From the NCBI GenBank assembly GCA_002269645.1, contig NIVC01003782.1:1-64000 (forward strand): a stretch of DNA of 64,000 bases. Direction: 5' to 3'. The stretch comes from Macrostomum lignano. Its lineage: Eukaryota. The position numbers and the translations under genes were made by a program. The notes below the pieces were generated by a model. That model did not search any database. It worked only from the letters and a program-made list of their open reading frames with translations, and had not been told where the DNA came from. Of this stretch, positions 21,538 to 34,899 are shown piece by piece (the first letter of the stretch is position 1; the number at the start of each line of letters is the position of its first letter).

Positions 21538-24500
21538 TCACTCGTCGCTAACTTCACCCTCTTCAGTCTCAGAGTTGCCTCCACGGCGGCCACCGCCGGC
21601 ATCTTCGCCGCTGCCATCTTCAGCTTGCGGAGTTGGACGTTCCGACGTGCCCAGAGCTTCAACGAACTGATTCGGCAGCTCCTCCTCGTTGCCTCCACCG
21701 CCATCAGCGTCAATATCTCCCAAAGGCGGCTCGGCAATTTCCATGCTTTCAGTATCTTGACTGTCGCAATCAATACCGTCGTTGCCATCCTGCGAGAGCT
21801 GTCGATGCCGCTGACGCCCATGCCGACTTCGCTGCTGCTCCTGCTGTTGGTGCGGCGGCGGTGTCGGCGCCGGCGAGAACCGCCTGTAGGAGGAATTCCG
21901 AGAGCCGAAACCTGACGGCCCGTTCAAGTTGTCAAATTCCTCCTCGTCTGCGTCCTGAAGCTGGCCAACATCCGGCTGACGGGACCGTCGACGCGAATTC
22001 AAAGACAGATGCGACTGCGACTGCGGCGGTGGCGTCCTCGAATGCCGCGATCGTCGACGCCATCGAGACGAGGACGAAGTCGACGACGACTGCGGAGAAG
22101 GCAACTGCTGACGCTGACGATCCTCGCGGCCGCGGCGGCGATGCTGCTGCTGCTGATGCTCCTGACGATCCTGACGACGTCGGGATGGCGAACGCTGCCC
22201 GCCAGGACGCCGGGGCGGAGGCGTCGGTCGGCGAGGCGGCGACAAATGGCGCCGACGCTCAGCATGTAGGCGCGATCGGCGACCGTCGGGGGACTCAGAG
22301 GACGACGCGTCCTCTCGATTGCGACTGCGGCGATGCCGACTGTGCCGACTGCCGCTTCGGCCGAGATCGTCTCGACGGTGCGGAGGCGAAGATCGACGTC
22401 GATGCGACGGCGAGCGGGAGCGGGACCGACGCCGGGCGGTTGACAGGGCGGCGCCGCGCGGGGATCGAGACCGGGACCTACGCCGATGGCCGCGATCAAC
22501 TCCCTCAGACTCTCGGCGTCGAGATCGGGAACGAGGCTGCTGGCGTTGTTGCTGCTGATGATGACGGCTGGACGACGGTGCCGCAGCAGACTTGTCCTCG
22601 CCTGCGGCCAAGTCGCTACCATTGTCGTCAATTATCCGCTTACGCCGGCGCTCTGTCTCGCTTTCAATTTCGCGCAGTCGGGCTTCAATCTGAGCCTTCT
22701 GTCGTTGCTTCTCCGACTCTTTGGCTGCTGCTGCTGATTTCTTCTTTTTGCTTTTCGATTGCTTCAACTGCTGCTCAGATTGTTGCTGTTGCTGCTGCTG
22801 TTGGGGATCGTCTGCTTCAATATCGGACAGGTCGGACGTATGCACCGAGGACACGGTCACGTCCGATACGTCATTACTGTCAAGTTGAACTCCTTTCCAA
22901 GCAAAGTTATAGTCGGATGAGGCGGCGGCGGCAGCGGCGGAGGAGGCTGGCGCATCCGCTAAGCCTGACGGATCTTCTCCTGGAGGCGTTGGCGGAGTGG
23001 TTGGAAGTCTATCTGTCGTTTCCATCGGTTCTGCTTGGTCATCAAGTGCCAGACTGAGCATCTCGCCCTCAGGAGTCTTTGGAGTCTGATGAAGCGGCTG
23101 AGACGGCTGAGTTCGCTGCTCTTCTGACTCAGACTCGGGCGGAGGAGGGGGAGGAGGCGGCGGAGGTGGCGGCGCCTCATCTTCGTGCTCAGGCGGCGGT
23201 GGAGGCGGCGGCGGAGGTGGCGGCGGGGGCGGAGGAGGAGGCGGCGGCGGGGCGGTGGCGGCGGTATGACGAGGCCGGAGGAGCCAAACGCTGACGGAGG
23301 CATTGGCGGAGGCGGGAACGGGAAGGGGAACATCGGGATTGGGAAAGTTGGCGGCGGAAGCGAAGTTGGCGGCAGTGGGGGCGGCGGGGGCGGCACCGGC
23401 TGCTGCTGCTGTTGCTGTTGCTCATTCGGAGTTGGCAGTAGCGGCAGCTGACGCCGCATCTGTCGAAGCTCCTCAGGGGTGACTCCTGCGTAGTCAGCGA
23501 TAGCCCGGTCCACCCGGGGCTGGATGCTGGTCTGCACAGCGTTGTGGCTGAGCAGCTGGTCAAGGAGGTCGTCCAGCATGGACTGCACAGCCGGGGTGTC
23601 CAACAGGCGGCGCCGGAGTCGCTCCCGGGTGGCCACCTGATGTGGAGACGATTGGGATGGGGAATTGCGTTGGGATTAGGAATTGAGTTGGGATTGGAAT
23701 TGAGTTGGGATTAGGAATTGAGTTGGGATTAGGAATTGAGTTGGGAATTGGGAATTGAGTTGGGAATTGGGAATTGAGTTGGGATTGGAATTGAGTTGGG
23801 ATTAGGAATTGAGTTGGGATTGGAATTGAGTTGGGATTAGGAATTGAGTTGGGATTAGGAATTGAGTTGGGAATTGGGAATTGAGTTGGGAATTGGGAAT
23901 TGAGTTGGGATTGGAATTGAGTTGGGATTAGGAATTGAGTTGGGATTAGGAATTGAGTTGGGATTAGGAATTGAGTTGGGATTAGGAATTGAGTTGGGAA
24001 TTGGGAATTGTCCGAATTGAGTTGGGAATGGGAATTGAGTTGGGAATGGGAATTGTCCGAATTGGGAATGGAAATTGAGTTGGGAATGGGAATTGAGTTG
24101 GGATTGAGAATTGAGTTGGAATTGGGAATTGAGTTGGGAATTGGGAATTGAGTTAGGAATTGGGAATTGAGTTGGGAATTGGGAATTGAGTTGGGAATTG
24201 GGAATTGAGTTGGGAATTGGGAATTGAGTTGGGGATAGGGAATTGAGCTTGGAATTGGGGAGTTGGGAATTGGGAATTGAGTTGGGAATTGGGAATTGAG
24301 TTGGGGATTGGGAATTGAGTTGAGGGAGCAAAACTCACTTTATTCAAGCCGGGCTCCCAGACCACCCTATCTAAGTGCTTCTTAGTCAGAGGCTTCAACT
24401 GGTTAATCAATCGAGAGTAACCAGATCGGGACTCCAGCTTAGCTGCGCAGTCGCGTCTGAGCTCATCAAACAGGCCGCTGGACTTGACAGACTGAATGAT

Positions 24501-24572
24501 TTCTTTAGCTAGCCGCCTGTTAGCACTGCTGCTGCTGTGACTGCCATATCCACTGCTGTCTGCGCTTGGCAT
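21538..24572 (-). CDS. BOD1: BOD1/BOD1L (COMPASS Shg1 domain) family protein with poly-Pro and Arg/Ser-rich C-terminus; exons 24572-24339 and 23636-21538, with one apparent frameshift at ~23250
   Basis: LAKEIIQSVKSSGLFDELRRDC...HLDRVVWEPGLNK|VATRERLRRRLL...QPRVDRAIADY matches the Bod1/Shg1 domain. Phase-0 gtgag...cag intron. Adding one G to the GGGG at 23249-23252 joins the 22959-23636 and 21538-23061 frames. Confidence 0.8.
23655..24325. repeat. Short-period satellite (ggaattgagttgggatta / ggaattgg variants) filling BOD1 intron 1
   Basis: About 670 bp of GGAATTGAGTTG-based units. Confidence 0.95.
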
Positions 24573-24749
24573 TTCAGTGCTTTGTTAAGTTCAATTAATT
24601 AATGATACACTCTGGGAATGTGTTTTTGCGTGTTTGATTTGATTATACCTGCGAAGGATCAATAAGGGACAAGATGTCTGGGCTTTGTTCAAAATGCTAA
24701 ATATGCCAAATATTATTCTTAATCTAAGTGCTCAAACATTCAAGTTTTA

Positions 24750-27700
24750 TTTACTGGCTATTAACTTTACGATTATAGAACCAGCATAAATAAGTAAGAT
24801 TTAGACATCGACCTGACCTAACCTAAAGGACTAGAGACACATAATACACATTTATTTTATGCTAGGATGGCAAGAGAATTACTAGCAATAATGTTTAGGT
24901 GCCAATATGTACAATTGTTTTATGTGGCCTATGTGTTTGTGATAATAGTAATATATTTGCTATTCATTAGCACATAGGGCATAGCCCAGTGGTTTAGCAT
25001 GGCACTCTTATGTGCTACAAGCCTATGCCGAATTCCAAGTGTAGTAATATTAATTTGGGACTTCATTTATCAATGCCCTTAAAGGCCAAACCCCCCAAGG
25101 CACAGTGAAGCATAAATACTTAAATAAAGTTAGGGCTACTATACACTTGTGAATTTGCCTATGCATATGATTGCATACATATTATTGCATTTTGTGTAGA
25201 CCTGCTCAGGGAAGATTTTGAAATTTATAGTATGGTCTATAGCTCCCAATATAAAGTCAAAAGATGCCTCTAGGAAGTAGAATAGGATAAGCAGATATGA
25301 CAGCCTATATAACTTACTCTGCATATGAATCAAGGATCCAAAAATATGAATCTGCATTGTTTAAAAGGGCTTTGACATTAATATCTATGGCATAAGAGTA
25401 GCCAATAGCATTTTTCCTTTAAAACTATATAAAGAAAATCTGTATATCCATTAATTATATCCCTAACAACTGAGCCTGAATTCCAAGTTCTAGCAGTTAT
25501 TTTATCATTTGTTTATTTATTTGAAAATAACTTTATTCTTTAAGGCCAATTGCCAAGCTACAAGAGCAAGATTTTCATTTTCTCAGTTGAGCTTCAACAG
25601 TTTAAAACTATTAAGTTATAACAAGTTATACTAGTACATTTATCCCATTTAGCCAGGACATACAATCTTGTCATTGATATGATGAGTTTATTATTCATGC
25701 ATTGTCATTCTTGCTGAGTTGCATAGAAGTCATATGGAACCATTTATGATAAAGGATGGGTCCATAGATGACTATGGATAATATATGCATAGTATAATGC
25801 TTGCTCTATTCATGATAATGCCATTATAATGCATCTTAAAAGATGTATTCTAGCTTTAAATTTGACAAGATCTGGCAGTGTTTAAAGATACCAAAACCAA
25901 CCAGCAAAAGAAGATGAGCAACAAAGATCAAAAATAATACAACTGATGCTACTATTACTATATTATACCTAAGGTCTATAGCCATGCAGATTATTGTATA
26001 TAATTAACTTATTTTTAGTGGCTGATAGTATTTTGCAACCAACCAATGAAAACTTAAAATCTGCCTTGTTTTTACTCTTAAGCACAAGTGTCAATTCCCA
26101 TTTTAAAAGCTATTTTTCAACTACACTTGTAACTACTCTATTCAGAATATATTCAGAAAATGATTACAACAAAGTTGAAAGCATCTCCTTTCAGAAACCA
26201 TCAATGAGCAAAAGTAGCTATATGCTACTCCTATGTTGCAAGAGTGCAATAAAGATTCAATCAGTTTTTTTAACAATATCAGCTTGGAAGATATAGAGAA
26301 CACTTGTAACCCAGCTTCAGAGTGTAACTGACAATAGTGTTCAAGCTACCTTAATATATCAATGGGCTATCACTTTTGGCATTTCTAAAGCTACTCTCAA
26401 CTGCCTTTTAAAGCTGCTTATAACCTTCTTTCTAGTATTAAAATAATTTTATCCTGCTTGAAAACTATATGCTCTGTGAACAATAGTGGTATATATTAGA
26501 GGTTCATTTTTGTAAAATAAGCAAGGACAAGTGTAATATTCATCTTGAAAAAGACAAAGAACTGCTAACATCAATTGATGACTCACCAATTGTAGGCAAC
26601 ACTAGAGAAGCACCTTGAAACTATAAAGCAGTTATGAATATAAGCTATATGATAGCAGTTAAAGCTAAGTATAAGAAAATATATTCATTTGTATTTGCTC
26701 CTTTTTGCCAATATGACCATTTATTTTTATTTAGTTCTAATGCTGCAAATAGAAAATTGAGCTTGGTTTTGATACTCCAAAAAAAAACAAATAGAAAGAA
26801 CATTGCTTATACACAAAGAAAAAATGTACTAATAAGTGGCAGGAAAAGCACAATGAATTGCTTTGCAGAATGATGCATTTGATATATAAAAAGGAAGGTA
26901 TAAAAAAGCTTTGCAATTTACCTTCTGACTATTGATATTGTGGTTGTGACTTAGAGGGTATATTCTAAATGTCTAACAATCTAGCACTGCTATAGCCTTC
27001 CATATTGTTGAGAGATAGAATATAAATTTTTAGACCAATTATTTGTTTGTTATAGTTTTTTGTTTTTAAAGACTCTTTAACACCTTACAGTCTAATCTTG
27101 AATCTTGAATAATAGTCTATTATTTATACTTTATTGGCTAAAAAAATAAGAAAAATAGTTGACCTATTTTGTATATTATATTAGCTATTGCTACTAAATA
27201 GTATTATTTGTTCTTTTTATTTTAAATTGGTTGCCACTTGCTTAATACTTTTAATATTTTTATGAAAAAAAAACTTTTTTTTCTGCAAAATACTACATGC
27301 CCCAACCCCAGAATTTTTGGTCTCTTTTTTTAACCATTTTCAATGCATCATTTTTCTGGTCATTGTCCTATCTGTGTCCTAGTTTTGGTTTTCTATTTTC
27401 CCACCTATGGTCCATTGTTTCCCCATTTTTGGTCACTTAATTTCTCAAACTTTATTTCTACACAAATTTTGCTCCTGTCCAACATTCTGCCTATCCCTTG
27501 CCTTATGCGCCCATCCAAGCCCTGTCCCATGCGTTGGAGTTTTGTTTTGTCAATATTTATATGTTGCCTCTAATGCTGCCATCTTTAAATTAAAGGCTTG
27601 CCCCTCTCTTGCTCTTTCTCTCACTTTCACTGTTCTGTCTCAATCTATTTTTTGATTTCTTTGCTCCTTGTGTTCTAATTACCATAGCAACCACTTACTT

Positions 27701-28170
27701 TATTCAATCTTAAAGCACTGCGGTACCAGCTGGCTCTATCTATCAATTGTAGTCGGAATATTTATTGTCTGCTAAACAATTACTTGCTCATCTGGTCATC
27801 TAGTTAATAATAAAAAACATCAATAACATTTATTCCTTATTAATTAGTTAGCTCTAAATAGTTTATCCTGAGTCATTTGCCTGTGGGACATAAAACAACC
27901 CTAAAGTTCTTAGCTTTGGGAATTTAATATTCTATAATACATAAATTACTGTGGTGGCAGCTCTACCCTATTTTTAGCAATCAGTTCAAAAAATTGATGC
28001 ATTAAATTATGGTGTCAGAAGCTCCAGTGTATAACATTTTGAACAACCATGCTGCTTAACAACTGCTTGACCACAAATATCCTCCCCCAGAATTGAGGAC
28101 CCAGCACTTAGAATAAAATCAGAGAAAATTTTGTTGCAATTGTTTGCATAATTTTGTAATTTGTGCCCTT
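24750..28170 (-). mobile_element. Heavily degenerate, CpG-erased non-LTR retrotransposon remnant
   Basis: The 27870-28155 end aligns with the 5' region of the LINE-like element at 34335-34640. Weak residual APE/RT-like peptides on the minus strand (e.g. LLIDGF near 26200, LYIGSYRPYYKF near 25240). Many stop codons. Confidence 0.5.
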
Positions 28171-30357
28171 AGCAAAGTACATATATGTTGACTACTATTT
28201 GATATTTAAAGTAAAATTTGACCAGCTCATAGTTTTAATTTATAAACTACTATCAACTTTGCCATTGCTATTTTTCTTAAATGTTGCCTGTTTATATTTA
28301 TCTGTTTATCTAATAAATATATACCTGTTTATCTGTTTATATTTAGTATATTATTTCTATTCCTATTGCTATGCCTAGTACACCAATGGCCAATGACCCA
28401 AGACTATTCCAGGTGATGCCATTACCACTTATTCTAGCTTTGCTAGATCTAATAATGAGCTACTCAATGCCCTAGAGCCCCTAGCCAATGAAGATCTACT
28501 AACTCTGGCTAATAGCCTTAACTAGCTTAGACTTCTTTAACAAGGTAAGAGCTACTTCAATGGCCCTAAAACCCAAGGTGATATAGCTGCTAGAGTCAGA
28601 TTGGTATCTCATGCCTCCAATGCCACTATCAGCTTAGACAAGTGGATCTAGCCAAGAGTCTCAGGATGCTCAAAGACCTAGCAAGCATGCACCAGCCTCT
28701 TAGCTAGCTGTCACAATATCCTAACAACTTATAGAACTCTTGCTAAAGGAGCTTAGAGATTTGAGGAACACTGACTAAGTGAACAATGGCAAACACTAGA
28801 GGTGCCTTGCCAACCAATATGGCCTATTGGCTGCTATGTAGGCAATTGACATTGTTGCTAAAGTTCTTGGCAACTGCATTTAGATTAGCAATAGATGAAG
28901 ACCACACTGTAGCTTGTAGATAGGCCCTGCCACTAATATTAGAATAGCTATTCCAATATGCTTGCATGGCCAACTTAGTCCTAGCCTTTAGCTACCTAGG
29001 ACTATTAGCCTAAGATGCAGTGGCCAAAGATCAATAAGGTGCCTACCTAGCCAGATGCTAAAGATGCATTTGGCTAAAATTAAAGAAGACCTGGCCCCTA
29101 AAGAGTGAGCCTAAAAGGCTATTTTTTCTAAATATGATTTTTTCATGCAATTGCCCTATGCATGTAGCAGTGGGGCTACCACTATTTGATATCATTCTCT
29201 CTTATTTGGATTTTTTTCTTATGTTTGGTCCAGTCTAACTATCCTAAGGTGTACCCCATGATGTGGATTTTGTTATCCTCCTTTTCCCAGTTTCGGTCTT
29301 TGTATTGGTGCTTTTTTGCTCTCTTTTGGTCTTTTTGCCATTTCCATTTTTGTTTTTTAACTTTTTTCTTTTGCTTCTTTGTCATTTTCTAGCCAAACCC
29401 TATGCTAATCTCTTGATTTTTTTACCTATCTACATGTCCATTGCCTGGCCCCATTTGTTAAATACCAAAATTTTTGTTACTATTTAACTTATCTACCTTT
29501 GCTTATCTATGTTTAACTTTCTAGCTAATATAAGAATTACCAAACAATGGCAAACATTGGTTTTATTCCTTGTTATGTGCTCTTATTCTTTTCTTACCTT
29601 TGTTCTTGAGTATTTATATATTTACTACTAACTTTAGTGCTGGAGTCCTAGACTCTGAAAGGTTACATGTATACTAGAAAATTCTGATATACAAATGACC
29701 CCTTCCAAAGCTAGCATACAAATTTTGGTATACAAATTCATGCAATTTTTTGGTATACAAGTATTGGTGAATAAATTCATGCTATGTATGAGTATTAGGG
29801 CCTGTAATGTAAATTAACATAATATAATATAACATAATATAAGGGAAAATTAGATAGTCTAGAAAGTCAATGAAAAACATTTTGCTTCTTTAAAATTAGC
29901 AATAAATAAAATTAGTATAAATTATTGCTAAGAACATAAATTTTACATCATTATTTTTATAAGCAAAATTTAAGTTTGTTTAAAATAAAAAATTGTAATA
30001 TTTTAAAATATTTTTTGTACAAAAGCCTTTTTTTAGGAAACTTTATTTATGAAAACTAAATGACATTTTTAGGAATTTTTGGTATACATTTTAAGGAATT
30101 TTTTAGTTTTTGGCACACACTGGCATACATTCAGCTACTATAAGATTCTTGTTCTAGTGTATATTAGACCTATTATATAATCCAGACCCTGGCTTGAGTT
30201 TTCTTCAAATTAGCCTCTTTCTACCATGGTAACTGCAAATTATCTTGCATAACAGCTTGGCCAAACTGATTATATATCTTTTCCAATAATAAATAGTAGC
30301 AATTTATATATTACTTTTTGAGCAATAAGTCTATAGCTTTAGCCTCTATCTTAAATA

Positions 30358-31531
30358 TTTGGTTGTCAAGAAAGTTCCTGGCTATTCTCAAAAATTTTAC
30401 AGCGTGGTTTAAGTTTAATGGAAAGTTCTAGAAACCTGGGGCATGTGGGTATATAGGGGGTGTGAGTATGCATATTTTCTAGCTTTTCACTTATCTAGCA
30501 ACTATTAACATGGCAGCAAATAAGTCACTGCAAAAATCTTCTATTTGCATTTGCTTATTGTATGACTTTAAATTTGGCCTGAGCGGCTCCAAATCCAGTC
30601 ACCGTATCAATGCTGCATTTGGCAAAGGTACCGTGTCTGTGTCAATAGCCAATGACTGGTTTCAATGATTCCGCACTGGCGACGAATCCATTGAAGATCA
30701 GCCACGATTGGGTAGGCCTTCCGAAGTTGATAACAAAGAAATTGGCTCTATGGTGGAAGCTGACCCACATCTGACAACACATGAAATAGTGGCTAACCTT
30801 TGGTGTTTCATACAACCCTATTTAACAAACTGCATGCCATTGGCAAGGTTTCAAAACTCAACAAGTGGGTGCCCCACCACCTCAGCAACTTTGACCATCA
30901 GTGGCAGGCGGAGGCGGCAACTTTTATTGCTCTTGTTCCGGTGTACCACAGCTTGGCTAGAGTCAATTGTGACTAGAGATAAAAAATGGGTGCTTTATGT
31001 CAACAAGAAGTGCCAACAATCTTGGGTCTCTAAGAATCAACCACCGCAGCAGCATCCAAAACCAGAGTTGCACCCACAAAAGGTCATGCTGTCTATATGG
31101 TAGGACAGCAAAGGTATCCTGTACTATGAGCTGCTTCTTTGCAACACCACTGTCACAGCCAAGGTCTACTGCCAACAACTGCAGAAGGTGGCTGAGAAAA
31201 TTAATAAACTATGTCCAGGGCACGGCAAAGTTTGTTTCCTTCACGACAACACCTGACCACATACGGCTAAGATGATCTACCAGAAATTGCTACAACTAGG
31301 GTGGGAGATTCTCCCATACCCACCATATTCTCCCACACCAATAGCTTAAAAACTTCTTCAAATTGAAGCCAGCTAGTCTCTATAGTGATGGTATCAAAAG
31401 TCTACCAGAAAAATGGCAGAAGGTCATTGACTCAGATGAGGACTATTTTGATATTTGATGCAATTCAGCATCTAAAAAACTTGGGCTGATGGAACATTCT
31501 AGAATTGCCAGGAACTTTCTTGACAACCAAA
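30358..31531 (+). mobile_element. Mariner (Tc1/mariner DD34D) transposon, defective
   Basis: 25-bp TIRs tttggttgtcaagaaagttcctggc (30358-30382) and its reverse complement (31507-31531), with TA on the left. Transposase remnants GRPSEVD, IVTRDKKWVLYVN (from GDEKW), HPQKVMLSIW, HDNT*PH and PYPPYSP, with stops, frameshifts and an internal deletion. Confidence 0.92.
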
Positions 31532-31859
31532 CTTTATTTGCGAGATAAACAATAACAGATTCTCAAATCTAAGCAAGCTCTAAAATTAAGAATCTAATAT
31601 TCTATAATAGGCCCTATATTAGTAATTACTATTAAGCAAATAATAGGAAGTATATAGGCCCAGCTTACTTCAAATAATTATACTTACCTTAGCTAGCTAC
31701 CAGGCTTAGTAAAGAACTTAAAATGTTATAATGTGTAGCGGTTCGGGGCGGGGCGGTGCATGTTTTAGCGAGACCCCGCCTATTAAAATGCCTATTTAAA
31801 AACTAAAAGTAAAACACCGAAATTGAACATTCTAGCTAAAAAAACCTTAAAACAAATAT

Positions 31860-32910
31860 ATATATAACTAAAAAACCTATCACAATTGTTGGTGATGCCA
31901 TAGATACAATATAAATATACCAAAAAACTGTACAAGTAAATGAATTTAAATACCTGGGAATTATTTTTGAACCAAAAAACAGCTTTAAAAATGTATTGAA
32001 CACCAAACTAAGCAGGGATATACAGCCATGTTTTCCCTACTCCATAGGGTAAAGAATACGTCCCTAGACATCACACTCATTCGCAGACTATTTGACGCAC
32101 TTGTTACCCCCGTTATCACTTGCGGTTGTGAGCTCTGGGGCCCTCTGGCTACCATGTCTGATACAAAAGCTATTGATAATATTCAGCTGAAATTCTACAA
32201 ATATCTCCTCAATCTACCAAAATTTGCTAGCAACAGTGTGGTATCATCAGAACTTGAGCTTACTCCAATCTCTCAACGAATCGCTAAAACCTACCTCATC
32301 TACTGGCTGAAGATTAGACACAAAAAACTCTGCCAAACGACTCTAGAAATTTTCTACTCAAACACCGGCCAAAAAAATCCATGGAAAATGAATGTACTAA
32401 AGAAACTAGAAAGTATAGACCTAAAAGCACTAACTGAAGATAAACTTTCCCAAAGCTTTAATAACGAGAAATACCTAGTGAAAAAGCACCTCAAGATACA
32501 CAGAGAAAGAGAACTTAGCCAAAAGCTAGAGAATCAGCAACATATTAAACTCTACAAAAACGCCTATCTCTACAAAAAAATCTGCAGGCCCGACCTTTCA
32601 GATTTCTTTCCATGTACATTTAGAAACAAAAAATTCTTAACAACCCTCCTAAAACTGAAATGCGAGATTACACCCAACTTTTTTTCTCAAGAACCATGTA
32701 AAATGTGTGGAGCGCGAAATGGTTCTGACATTCTACACTACTTGACCGAATGTCCACAAACTGAAGAGATCAGGAAAAAATACTTCTGTCAATACCTCTT
32801 AAATAGCAATCAAATACACAAGATAGGATATGCTACAAATGAAAAAAGAGTCAGAAAAGAGCTCACTGGTGTAGCTAAAATATATGAAGTCATGAATAGC
32901 TAAAACAGTT
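31860..32910 (+). mobile_element. 5'-truncated LINE ORF2 3' end (post-RT region with C-terminal Cys/His motif)
   Basis: FKYLGIIF upstream. ORF 32028-32903 contains LFDALVTPVITCGCELWG, IQLKFYKYLLNL and CKMCGARNGSDILHYLTECP. Confidence 0.85.
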
Positions 32911-33399
32911 AAACAAACTGAATCAGATACATCAGCAGTGTAACAAATCCGCTTTTCAGTTGTTTATTCATTTACTGTCTTTTTTAATTTCCTATATTTA
33001 AATCGTCGTTATTCGTTAAACGTAAAATTCTTTCGAAGTATTGTTTATGTTCGTTTTTCACGCTTTGAAATATCACGCGCTTTCAAAAATACTACATCTT
33101 TTTTTTTTTTACAAACTCGCTTACCAAAGTAATCTCGCAATTAAAGCTATACCTCGTAATTTGTACTCATTTTTGTATTAATATTTATACTCGTTGTTAG
33201 TTGTTAGTCGTCACTTTTCGTCTAAAAATACCGTAAAAATTCTGGCGCGCTTTCAAATACTTTATCTTTTACAATAACTCAGCAAATCGTCGTCAAATCG
33301 TCTTTATAAACTTCTATATTCGAAAATTCCAAATACATAGCTCTATAATATATTGGCCAAACAGGCTAATTGCCTGAGCCAAATTCTCTTACTACTACT

Positions 33400-34690
33400 A
33401 CTACTATGTTCATTTCCTTTAAATTTTTCCACAAAAATTACTTTAGTGTACTTCGGCAGGAACCATTGTAAGTACGAAGCTAAAAAACTGAGATCTGGAA
33501 GAAAACATTATCAATCTAGAAGCCTACAAGACGCCAAGGCTCCATCTGTTCCCTACTCGAACTTACAGACTCACAAGTCCCCCCTGCTCAGTACACTCAG
33601 CTGCAGAAAGTACTTTAGTGTACTTCGGCAGGAACCATTGTGAGTACGAAGCTGAAAACTGAGATCTGGAAGGAAACATTATCAATCTAGAAGCCTACAA
33701 GACGCCAAGGCTCCATCTGTTCCCTACTCGAACTTACAGACTCCTAAGTCCCGGCGGGCTCAGTAAATTGAACTTTTTTCATTTTTAAATTTTGCACGCG
33801 AGTGTCGAAATTTGTGCGTTTTCCGTTACCTGGAGTGAGGTCACTCCCGGCGTTGGCTTTTGCTTGCTCCCCCTCTTCATGCACTTGCTTACCAGACGCG
33901 GGACGTGAGCTGTAAATTTTGTTTTCCCATTGTGAATTTAATGCCGCCCCCGCGTTATGCCCTTTTTCGTGTTTCTGCCTCCATGATCATGCCCCGCCGG
34001 TGTTCCAATGAGTGACCGGTAATTTTTCCTCTTGTAAATAGGTGCGATGCCACGAGACTTTTCTGCATGCCTCCTCCTCCCTCCTTCTGCTTCTCCCTTT
34101 CTCGTTTTGTTGCTCATTTACTTGTTTAGCTCAATTTTCTTGTTTAATTAGCCTTCGCGCACCGGCACCCGCGATCAGTATCGTCGTAAAACATTAACCG
34201 CAATCTTCTGTAATTGTTTTAATTAGTGACAGCATCAGAAATTTTATTATCCAGTCTGCTAAATAACAACTAAACCTAATAAACCTTAATTTGCTAATAT
34301 TTATTCGTTTAAACCAAAGCCATGGTATTTCTTGAGGATCACGCCCGGGGGCGTAAAATAACCTGAAGTTCTCAGCTCAAAGAAAGCTCCGAGACTTATT
34401 CGTTCCGTAATACGTAAATTATGGTGGTGGCAGCAACTACCCACCCACTGAAAGTAATAAGCTCAGCAAATTAACGCATTATTTTATCGGCGCCAAAAGC
34501 TCTGGTGTCTACCATTTGAACGACCGTGCCGCTAACGACCGCTCCGCTACGATTACGACTACCCTCCCCCCGGACTTGAGAACCCGGCAGTCGGAGTAAA
34601 ACAGGAGAAAGATTTCGTTGTGATTCGTCTGCGCGATTTTCCGGTTTTATACGTGCGAACACAACTCCGGCGGCAATTCAAAACGTGGAA
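33400..34690 (-). mobile_element. 5' part of a LINE-like element (GC-rich 5' region, possible APE start near 33790)
   Basis: Homologous to 27870-28155. Minus-strand PGLRS and EPW...VPAE peptides loosely resemble an APE endonuclease N-terminus. Confidence 0.45.
33439..33752. repeat. 172-bp tandem duplication within a LINE remnant
   Basis: tactttagtgtacttcggcaggaaccattg...cgaacttacagactc at 33439 and again at 33611. Confidence 0.9.
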
Positions 34691-34899
34691 TCCGCCATAC
34701 CTCACTGGTGTCAGCAATTAAATTCAAACAGACCAATTTTCCAAGAAACTTTCTCCACCCCCACCTCATAAGTTTAAAAAATATTTTTTTTGTGATTATA
34801 ATAAATTTTACGCGTGTGATTTTTATTCTAAATACTAAAATATGCTAAGAGTAGGTTTATACAGAGCATTAATTCTGTAGCTTCACTATTAAAGCTTAT

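Noticed and set aside
21529-23451. Long + strand ORFs (e.g. 21633-23057, 474 aa)
   Set aside because: Antisense shadows of the GC-rich BOD1-like coding exon.
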